Positions 10,421 through 16,395 of a DNA stretch of 64,000 bases are shown here, one piece after another. Numbering within the stretch: position 1 is the stretch's first letter; the number at the start of each line of letters is the position of its first letter. The notes under the pieces were generated by a model. The model ran no database searches and was not told where the DNA came from. It was given only the letters and a program-made list of their open reading frames with translations. This stretch comes from an uncultured Bdellovibrionales bacterium (GTDB taxonomy: Bacteria > Patescibacteriota > Minisyncoccia > Moranbacterales > UBA1568): assembly GCA_964597355.1 (NCBI GenBank), contig CAZQWS010000005.1:903-64902 (forward strand), in the 5' to 3' direction. The translations under genes were made by a program, and so were the position numbers.

Positions 10421-11185
10421 ATGAACCAGTACATTCCCAAAGTTGAAGGCCATGTGCTTGTTCTTGGCGGCAGCGGTGGCATCGGTTCGGAAGTCGCTCG
10501 GGCCATGGTAGCTCTTGGAGCGAGTGCGGTGACTTTTACTTATGGAAAGAAGCGGGAAGTTGCTGAAGCCTTGAAACAAGAGTTCGAGTCACAAGGTATC
10601 AAAGTTCATTTTGCCTCGATTAATCGCTCGGATGAGGGCGCGTTCAAGGCGTTCCTTCAAGAAGCCATTACGCTTCAGGGTGGGGAAGTGACTGCCATGG
10701 TGGATGCTATCGGTATTTCACCCAATACTCACCATCTCGAACAGACTATGGATGAGTGGCGCAACGTGATGCAGGTGAATGTGATCGATGCTTTTGTTTC
10801 TACCCGTGCCGTTCTTGAGCGGATGCGGGAGAAAGAAGTGAAGGGTTCGGTTGTTCTCATCACTTCAACCAATGGTGTCAATTCTTGGGCTTCGTACTCG
10901 ATGCATTATGATGCATCCAAGGCGGCACTTGTACCCATGCTCCGTGGTTTTGCTGAAGAGTATGCCAAATACGGCATCCGTATCAATGGCTTGGCACCAG
11001 GTTGGATTGACACAGAAATGAATGTTACGTTGCCTCCAGGGGAAAAAGAAAAGGAAACCGCCAAGATTTGGCTCGGACGTTTCGCGACACCAGCCGAAGT
11101 AGCTTCGATGGCTGCGATCCTCAGCAGTTCGTCTGCTTCGTACATTACCGGTCAAAACATCATGATTGATGGCGGCTATCGGTAA
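10421..11185 (+). CDS. short-chain dehydrogenase/reductase (SDR), 3-oxoacyl-ACP reductase-like
   Basis: 'VLVLGGSGGIGSEVA' Rossmann motif and catalytic 'YDASKAAL' (YxxxK). ORF track starts at GTG 10409; ATG 10421 with GGAG SD preferred. Confidence 0.8.
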   Translation: MNQYIPKVEGHVLVLGGSGGIGSEVARAMVALGASAVTFTYGKKREVAEALKQEFESQGIKVHFASINRSDEGAFKAFLQEAITLQGGEVTAMVDAIGISPNTHHLEQTMDEWRNVMQVNVIDAFVSTRAVLERMREKEVKGSVVLITSTNGVNSWASYSMHYDASKAALVPMLRGFAEEYAKYGIRINGLAPGWIDTEMNVTLPPGEKEKETAKIWLGRFATPAEVASMAAILSSSSASYITGQNIMIDGGYR

Positions 11186-11187
11186 GA

Positions 11188-12195
11188 TTGAGAGAGGGTT
11201 TTGTGGAAGCAAGACCCTCTCAATCATTTTTTGAAACGCTAAATTATTTTTCAAACAACAAATATATGTATGATGTAATCATCATTGGGGGAGGACCTGG
11301 AGGAGTAGCGGCTGGTGTATATACAGCCCGCAAACAAATGAAGACACTTTTTCTCACACAGGATTTTTTAAGTCAGTCGGTAGTATCAGCATCAATCGAA
11401 AACTGGATTGGTACGGTGACGGTGCCAGGCTATGAATTTGGCCAGATGCTTGAGAAGCATCTCCGCGCTCAGGAAAACATTGAGATTAAGACGGGGACGA
11501 AAGCTGCGAAAGTTTCTGAACGTGCCGAAGGTGGGTATGTGGTGGAAACAGAAGTCGGAGAAAAATTTGAAACCAAGACGGTCATCATTGCCTCTGGTGG
11601 ACGGCACCGCCATCTCGAAGTACCGGGTGAAGAAAAATTTGTTGGGAAGGGCGTGGTGTATTGTTCGACCTGTGATGCGCCATTTTTCCGTGACCGCAAA
11701 GTGGCTGTCGTGGGGAGTGGTAATTCGGCTCTTGAAGCGGTAGAAGATCTTATTCCGTACGCTAAAGAGATTGTACTCTTGGTTCGTTCTGGAGAATTAA
11801 AAGGGGACAAGGTTACTCAGGATAATATTTTTACTTCACCAAAAGTAAGCGTGCGTTATCATGTGACTACCCAATCGATTCTTGGTGAAAACAAAGTAGA
11901 GGGGATTGCGCTCATGAACACAGAGACAAATACGCCGGAAGAAATTGCTCTCGATGGTGTGTTCGTGGAAATTGGTATGCTCCCCAATACGGAATTCGTG
12001 AAGGATATAGTAGAGCTCAATGAAGGGGGAGAGATTGTGGTAGACGCACGGACTGCCAGCACCTCGAAGCCTGGTATCTTCGCGACAGGAGATGCGACAG
12101 ACCTTCCCTATAAGCAAAACAATATTTCCGCTGGCGTAGGCGTCACAGCAGCTCTCTCAGCTTATGATTTTATTCGCAAAGGCAAGGCAGAGTAG
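11188..12195 (+). CDS. trxB: thioredoxin-disulfide reductase
   Basis: FAD motif 'YDVIIIGGGPGGVAAGVY', redox-active 'CSTCDAPFF' (CxxC), NADPH motif 'VAVVGSGNSALE'. Probable true start ATG 11266 (MYDVIIIGGG); the 11188 TTG extension is doubtful. Confidence 0.85.
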   Translation: MREGFVEARPSQSFFETLNYFSNNKYMYDVIIIGGGPGGVAAGVYTARKQMKTLFLTQDFLSQSVVSASIENWIGTVTVPGYEFGQMLEKHLRAQENIEIKTGTKAAKVSERAEGGYVVETEVGEKFETKTVIIASGGRHRHLEVPGEEKFVGKGVVYCSTCDAPFFRDRKVAVVGSGNSALEAVEDLIPYAKEIVLLVRSGELKGDKVTQDNIFTSPKVSVRYHVTTQSILGENKVEGIALMNTETNTPEEIALDGVFVEIGMLPNTEFVKDIVELNEGGEIVVDARTASTSKPGIFATGDATDLPYKQNNISAGVGVTAALSAYDFIRKGKAE

Positions 12196-12211
12196 ATTAA
12201 TCGTCTTTACT

Positions 12212-12275
12212 ACTTGGAAGCCGAACTTCCAAGTAAGAATAGATGGTAAAAAGAGGTTTATCCAAGCCTCTTTCT
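12212..12275 (+). terminator. trxB downstream tandem hairpins (9-bp stem acttggaag/cttccaagt; second hairpin agagg..cctct followed by TTTCT)
   Basis: Inverted repeats read directly at 12212-12234 and 12251-12275 followed by a T-rich stretch. Confidence 0.55.
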
Positions 12276-12290
12276 CATGCCACAAATGAC

Positions 12291-12318
12291 TAGACAAAAT
12301 AGCAAAAAAGTGTATAAT
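12291..12318 (+). promoter_or_regulatory. promoter of DGR target gene 1 (-35 TAGACA, 16-nt spacer, extended -10 TGTATAAT)
   Basis: tagaca 12291-12296, tgtataat 12311-12318; homologous copies upstream of target 2 (13361-13389) and of ORF 37494 (37332-37360). Confidence 0.6.
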
Positions 12319-12470
12319 GTACTGTTCGTTAAAAATTCAGAGTTTTGCCAGAGCGAAGAGATTTTTACTTGGAGGCCGGATCCCCAAGAAGACCTCCAAG
12401 AAGGGTAGAGACTTCTTCACTCTGGCAGACTACTCGAATTTTCGAGAGGCCATGAGTAAAAGGAATTGTC
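12319..12470 (+). other. ~150-nt structured 5' leader of DGR target 1 (nested inverted repeats gccagagcgaagag.../...cttcactctggc and cttggaggcc.../gacctccaag)
   Basis: Long imperfect hairpins between the promoter and the AAGGA SD/ATG 12471; a homologous leader core (ccagagcg...cttcttc.ctctgg) occurs at 37386-37432. Confidence 0.5.
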
Positions 12471-13100
12471 ATGACACAGCGTGTCGCCGACGAAGTCATC
12501 TCACGTTTTGCACGTCAACAGCACGATTGGATGGGGCGTGTCCTCAAGGGATCGCTTGATCCAACCGAAGTGGCCCGGGTCGTGCAGGCCATTATCGATC
12601 GTGGTTTACGCTACCCACTGCTTTCGGAAAGGAAGCTCCTCAAGCCCGTCGCCACGGCGACCGCGGCCAAGGATCCGCCCTTCGTGAACGAGTTCTTCCA
12701 GAGCCGTCCCGGCCTCTACGTCTGGGACTCGTTCCGTGAACGCTTCGATCTCAAGGCATTATCCCAGTCGGTGGGCGGCCGTCCCTACGTCGCCTCTCTC
12801 TTGAAGTTGAACGCCTACGATCGTGACATTCGCCGGGAACTGCCGGAGAACAACCTCTCGGCCTTGGAAGACATCGCCGGCTTCATCGAGGCCCAGCCGA
12901 ATGGCAAGGAGGGCTTCCTTCTCACTAACGGTTACGCGAACATCTTCTACGTCGAAGGGCGTAACGGTGAAGTCTTCTCCGTGGATGTTTTCTGGTTCTC
13001 CGACCGCCGCCGGTGGAGCGTCCGCGACTGGAGGCTCGACGAGAATGGCTCGTGGAGTGCTGGCGACCAGGTTCTCTGCCCCGGCAACGCCGCACTCTGA
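12471..13100 (+). CDS. DGR target protein paralog 1 (variable C-terminal domain, VR1)
   Basis: 209 aa, ~60% GC vs ~48% background. Shares 'FQSRPGLYVWDSFRER...PYVASLLK.NAYDRDIRRELPEN.LS.LEDIAGFIEAQP.GK.GFLL.NGYAN.FYVEG.NGE' with the downstream paralog; its C-terminal ~115 nt align to the TR with mostly adenine-site differences. Confidence 0.8.
   Translation: MTQRVADEVISRFARQQHDWMGRVLKGSLDPTEVARVVQAIIDRGLRYPLLSERKLLKPVATATAAKDPPFVNEFFQSRPGLYVWDSFRERFDLKALSQSVGGRPYVASLLKLNAYDRDIRRELPENNLSALEDIAGFIEAQPNGKEGFLLTNGYANIFYVEGRNGEVFSVDVFWFSDRRRWSVRDWRLDENGSWSAGDQVLCPGNAAL
12972..13086 (+). repeat. VR1: variable repeat at the 3' end of target gene 1 (diverged from TR)
   Basis: Aligns codon-for-codon with TR 14504-14620; ~20 differences at TR adenines plus ~12 non-adenine differences. 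Confidence 0.6.
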
Positions 13101-13142
13101 CCCTTCAGTCCATTGGGCAAAGACCCTTGGATACTTAGTCCC

Positions 13143-13193
13143 TTAGACCCTTGGAAACCGCATCGCGGCTACCGGGGGTCTTTTTGTTTTGCT
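13143..13193 (+). repeat. 51-bp element ttagacccttggaaaccgcatcgcggctaccgggggtctttttgttttgct downstream of VR1 (identical copy downstream of VR2); hairpin plus T-run, candidate terminator/IMH-associated structure
   Basis: Exact 51-bp identity between 13143-13193 and 14224-14274; contains ccgc-atc-gcgg hairpin and gaccc/gggtc flanks, then TTTTTGTTTT; preceded by tandem GACCCTTGGA motifs. Confidence 0.6.
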
Positions 13194-13195
13194 CC

Positions 13196-13281
13196 CCTAC
13201 AAGCAGAACAATATTTCAGCCGGTGTAGGTGTGACCGCGGCGTTGTCAGCCTATGACTTTATCCGTAAAGGCAAAGGTTAG
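13196..13281 (+). pseudogene. duplicated 3' fragment of trxB (encodes '..PYKQNNISAGVGVTAALSAYDFIRKGKG*', no start)
   Basis: ~80% nt identity to trxB 12111-12195; followed by duplicated hairpin (13283-13303, compensatory changes preserve stem), terminator hairpin (13318-13346) and promoter. Confidence 0.8.
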
Positions 13282-13360
13282 ATTGGGAAGCCCGGCTTCC
13301 AAGTAAGAAGAGGTAGTAAAAAGAGGCTTGAGTAAGCCTCTTTTTCGTACCCCGTATGAC

Positions 13361-13389
13361 TAGACAAAAGTACCAAAAAGGTGTACAAT
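13361..13389 (+). promoter_or_regulatory. promoter of DGR target gene 2 (-35 TAGACA, 17-nt spacer, -10 TACAAT with upstream TG)
   Basis: Duplicate of the 12291-12318 promoter module. Confidence 0.55.
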
Positions 13390-13463
13390 TATAGGTTGCA
13401 GGTGAGAACTTGCTTCTGCCCCGATTCCCGGCATATGGGAATTACCTTGAAAAGGAGACTGCG

Positions 13464-14168
13464 ATGACGACTCAGTCGATCACGCAAGACCAGGAAAAGC
13501 AACTGAAGCGCTTCCTCGAAGACGCGTCCATAGCGGCGACCCGTTCGGCCCTTGCGCAGGTGTCCCTCGACAAAGAGGGCTCCCAGCAGGTCATCGAACG
13601 GGGCGACCAGCTCAAGGCCGAAATCGAACGCGCCACCGTCGCCATCCTGAAGAAGTTGAGTTCCCGCTATTCGGTCGTCGGTGAAACACGGCTCCTCAAG
13701 CCCGCCGCCGCCTCGACCGCTCGGGCCCGGACTAAGCCGTTCGACCCCTCCGAGTTCTTCCAGAACCGTCCCGGGCTTTACGTCTGGGATTCGTTCCGCG
13801 AGCGGCTCGACATCGAAAACCGCAAGCTCGTTCCGTCGGCTCCCGAACGTCCCTATGTGGCGTCCCTCCTGAAGTCGAATGCCTATGACCGAGACATCCG
13901 CCGGGAATTGCCCGAGAACCATCTCTCGACACTCGAAGACATCGCGGGCTTCATCGAAGCCCAGCCGGAAGGCAAGTCGGGGTTCCTCCTGAACAACGGC
14001 TACGCGAACAACTTCTACGTCGAAGGACACAACGGCGAAATCTTCGCCGTGCGTGTCCTCTGGTACTCGGACAACCTTGAGTGGGACGTCCGCGTTTGGT
14101 TCCTCGATGAGCGTGACTGGTGGCGCGCCGAGCGCCAGGTCGTCTGTCCCGGAAACGTGTCGCTCTGA
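13464..14168 (+). CDS. DGR target protein paralog 2 (variable C-terminal domain, VR2)
   Basis: ATG 13464 with AAGGAG SD (ORF track extends to TTG 13410); 234 aa, GC-rich, paralog of 12471-13100; last ~38 codons are the VR matching the TR. Confidence 0.85.
   Translation: MTTQSITQDQEKQLKRFLEDASIAATRSALAQVSLDKEGSQQVIERGDQLKAEIERATVAILKKLSSRYSVVGETRLLKPAAASTARARTKPFDPSEFFQNRPGLYVWDSFRERLDIENRKLVPSAPERPYVASLLKSNAYDRDIRRELPENHLSTLEDIAGFIEAQPEGKSGFLLNNGYANNFYVEGHNGEIFAVRVLWYSDNLEWDVRVWFLDERDWWRAERQVVCPGNVSL
14040..14153 (+). repeat. VR2: variable repeat at the 3' end of target gene 2
   Basis: 114-nt alignment to TR 14504-14617: 21 substitutions, every one at a TR adenine (aat>cgt, aac>ctc/tac/gac/cgc/ttc, aag>gag, gat>gtt, agg>tgg, cca>ccc), zero at C/G/T positions. 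Confidence 0.9.
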
Positions 14169-14223
14169 CGCTTCGGTCCCTTGGGTCTCTGATTTGTATT
14201 CTGACCCTTGGACCCTCAGTCTC

Positions 14224-14274
14224 TTAGACCCTTGGAAACCGCATCGCGGCTACCGGGGGTCTTTTTGTTTTGCT
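14224..14274 (+). repeat. second copy of the 51-bp post-VR hairpin/T-run element
   Basis: Identical to 13143-13193. Confidence 0.6.
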
Positions 14275-14503
14275 ACAGTAAAAGCGGTATGTTGAAAATC
14301 CCTTCCGGCTACGGCTGGCAGAGCAAGATGCTGGAATGAAAGCGGATGAGAGCCGGAGCAGATACCAACTTCTTCGGGAGAACGCTTTTGTTTCAAAAAA
14401 TATATTGCGTTGGTGTCTTGAGCTTGAGGACTTCGAGGTCCCGCATACGATACAGCTCTGAGAGTAGTCGAGGAGCAGTGGAACGGACGGCTCAAGGCAC
14501 GGA

Positions 14504-14620
14504 ATCTTCGCCGTGAATGTCAACTGGAACTCGGACAACCTTAAGTGGAACGTCAACGATTGGAACCTCGATGAGAATGACAGGTGGAACGCCAAGAACC
14601 AGGTCGTCTGTCCAGGCCAC
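14504..14620 (+). repeat. DGR template repeat (TR)
   Basis: Truncated copy of the target 3' end lacking the N-terminal gene body and start codon; encodes '...IFAVNVNWNSDNLKWNVNDWNLDENDRWNAKNQVVCPG' with 8 AAC + 2 AAT codons exactly at the positions that vary in VR1/VR2. Confidence 0.9.
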
Positions 14621-14638
14621 GCACAAAGTTTCTCTCGC

Positions 14639-14989
14639 CTATTTCGGCGGGAGTTTTGTTTCGAGGCCTTTCTTCCAACCGCCAAGCATCCGGCCTGTTT
14701 CGTTCAACTCCATTGAAAGAGTAGAATACTTCTTGTGATCAATGAGTTTATTTTCCCAACCAAGCTGAAGAAAAAACTTTATGATATCTACCTTTCCGAC
14801 GGTGGCTGTTAAATAGGCTATTTTTTGTTCTGATTTGGTATACTGAGCTCGAAAGATATACTCGAGAGCTTCAAGAAAAATTGCATCTACTTTACCGCCA
14901 AAAGTATAGCGATGGGTTTTGGGAATATGCGGAACACACTGAAGCCACAAATTATATGAAAGTTTTAACTTCTGAACCACTGGCAACAC
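14639..14989 (-). CDS. avd: DGR accessory variability determinant (Avd), four-helix-bundle / 23S rRNA-IVS protein family
   Basis: ~113-116 aa. The pattern 'PKTHRYTFGGKVDAIFLEALEYIF...KIAYLTATVGKVDIIKFFLQLGWE...ETGRMLGGWKKGLE' parallels Bordetella phage Avd ('PRKHGVAREMFLKCLLGQVELF...EVGRILGSWIARVNRK'). Likely start GTG 14980 preceded by AGGTG SD; it lies between TR and RT but on the opposite strand. Confidence 0.7.
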   Translation of the reverse strand: MLPVVQKLKLSYNLWLQCVPHIPKTHRYTFGGKVDAIFLEALEYIFRAQYTKSEQKIAYLTATVGKVDIIKFFLQLGWENKLIDHKKYSTLSMELNETGRMLGGWKKGLETKLPPK

Positions 14990-14993
14990 CTGC

Positions 14994-15002
14994 GGGGGGG
15001 GG
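14994..15002. repeat. G9/C9 homopolymeric tract between divergent avd and RT
   Basis: Nine consecutive G (14994-15002) ~5 nt upstream of the avd SD on the minus strand and inside the open N-terminal extension of the RT frame. Confidence 0.8.
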
Positions 15003-15076
15003 TATTAGAGGCATATCGAAAACGTAAAAAATTAGACATCGCTTACCATGATATCATTTCTCTCGACAACCTCCTC

Positions 15077-16048
15077 TTGGCTTGGCAATCCTTTGTGAAA
15101 GGAAAAAGACAAAAGAAAGACGTTCAGGAATTTGAACTTCATTTGATGGATAACCTGATAGATCTTCGCGAGTCGTTCAAAACCAAAACCTATACCCACG
15201 GTTCCTACCATGCCTTCAAAGTAAATGATCCAAAGCCGAGAGATATTCACAAAGCAAGGGTGAAAGATCGAGTTCTTCATCATCTTCTCTATCAAGCTCT
15301 CTCACTCTTCTTCTTCAAGCGCTTCATTCATGACTCTTATTCTTGCCAGGATGGCAAAGGCATTCACAAGGCTTTACTCAGGTTTGAAACTTTCTCAAGG
15401 AAAGTTTCCAAGAACCATACGAAACAGTGTTTTGTCTTGAAATGCGACATCCGCAAGTTTTTCGCGAGTATTGATCAGGCAATACTTCTCAAGATTCTCG
15501 AAGAGTGGATTGAAGACAAAGAGGTACTGTGGCTTCTCAAAAGAGTGATACAGAGCTTCTGGATCCCGGATCACCCGCCCGAACGTACCAGTTCGGTACG
15601 GGCGGGAGTCCGGGATGACACAAAGAGAGGATTACCCCTGGGCAATCTGACATCCCAGCTTCTGGTGAATATCTATCTGAATGAGTTTGACCAGTTTGTG
15701 AAGCATGTTCTTAAAGTACGGCATTATATCCGGTATGCCGATGACTTTGTAATCCTCTCGCACGACAAGAGTGAACTTCAAACACTACTTATCAAGCTTC
15801 AAACCTTTCTCAAGTTGAGGCTTAATCTTGACCTTCACCCGAACAAAGTCTCAATAGAGACTCTTGGAAGTGGAGTAGACTTCTTGGGTTGGGTGCATTT
15901 TCCTGATCACAGAGTATTACGAACGGTAACGAAGCGGAGGATGATGAAGAAGGTGAATCCGAAGAATATTGCTTCGTACTTGGGAATGCTTGATTGGGGA
16001 AATGGGTGGAAATTAAAACAATTGATAGAAGATTTGTTTGACTTCTAG
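15077..16048 (+). CDS. DGR reverse transcriptase
   Basis: RT motifs: 'LLAWQSFVKGKRQKKDVQEF' (DGR RT N-terminus), 'PKPRDIHKARVKDRVLHHLLY', motif 4 'LPLGNLTSQLLVNIYL' (DGR-specific [LIV]GxxxSQ) and motif 5 'RYADDFVIL' (YxDD). The frame stays open upstream to 14969 with RT-like residues ('LEAYRKRKKLDIAYHDIISLDNLLL') but no in-frame ATG/GTG; TTG 15077 is the track start. Confidence 0.9.
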   Translation: MAWQSFVKGKRQKKDVQEFELHLMDNLIDLRESFKTKTYTHGSYHAFKVNDPKPRDIHKARVKDRVLHHLLYQALSLFFFKRFIHDSYSCQDGKGIHKALLRFETFSRKVSKNHTKQCFVLKCDIRKFFASIDQAILLKILEEWIEDKEVLWLLKRVIQSFWIPDHPPERTSSVRAGVRDDTKRGLPLGNLTSQLLVNIYLNEFDQFVKHVLKVRHYIRYADDFVILSHDKSELQTLLIKLQTFLKLRLNLDLHPNKVSIETLGSGVDFLGWVHFPDHRVLRTVTKRRMMKKVNPKNIASYLGMLDWGNGWKLKQLIEDLFDF

Positions 16049-16082
16049 GTAAAAAGCTGCTATACTGGTAGAGTAAATGAAG

Positions 16083-16110
16083 AAACGGGTGAATGCCCGT
16101 TTTCTTTTTT
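16083..16110 (+). terminator. rho-independent terminator after RT (aaacggg-tgaatg-cccgttt + TTTCTTTTTT)
   Basis: 7-bp GC-containing stem and T-run read directly. Confidence 0.7.
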
Positions 16111-16136
16111 ACAAGAGGAAATCCTCTTACAAATAC

Positions 16137-16195
16137 ACCACCACACCAATAGTGCCTTGAGTAAAGAGTATTTAGGGCTTTATTGGTGTGGTGGT
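16137..16195. other. perfect 15-bp stem-loop (accaccacaccaata ... tattggtgtggtggt, 29-nt loop) within a ~250-bp structured intergenic region
   Basis: Exact reverse complement arms; followed by further hairpins (ggcgaaagcc, ctggga..tcccag, gccgctt..aagcggc) up to 16330; no recognised ncRNA family motif. Confidence 0.4.
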
Positions 16196-16395
16196 ACATA
16201 GTAGTTAAAAGGCGAAAGCCTCCTATTCTGGGACAGGGTTCCCTCTCCCAGCGAGCAGTGCCAATTAAACGGTCCTGCCGCCACCAACAGTCTGCCGCTT
16301 CGGTCCATTGTGATCTAAGCGGCTTTGAATTTCCCCCTTGTCTTAGGTAATTTTTCAGCTTGAAAAAGAGGGTGTTTTGGGCTATACTCCCCCTT

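Larger units (their letters stand above)
12471..16048 (+). mobile_element. diversity-generating retroelement cassette: target1(VR1)-target2(VR2)-TR-avd(opposite strand)-RT
   Basis: Co-occurrence of DGR-type RT, Avd, adenine-rich TR and adenine-specific TR/VR mismatches. Confidence 0.9.

Noticed and set aside
12317-12559. 80-aa ORF spanning the target-1 leader
   Set aside because: It overlaps the structured 5' UTR and the true start ATG 12471. It has no SD and low-complexity Cys/Arg content.
13389-14030. 213-aa minus-strand ORF antisense to DGR target 2 (and 13681-13932 small ORFs)
   Set aside because: It lies entirely inside the GC-rich sense gene; high GC lowers stop-codon frequency and gives spurious long antisense frames. 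It has no SD or motif.
14224-14685. 153-aa minus-strand ORF and the 14513-14716 / 14517-14738 plus ORFs over the TR
   Set aside because: They overlap the template repeat. The plus-strand 'ORF' is simply the TR reading frame (a start-less copy of the target C-terminus, Asn-codon rich), not a gene.
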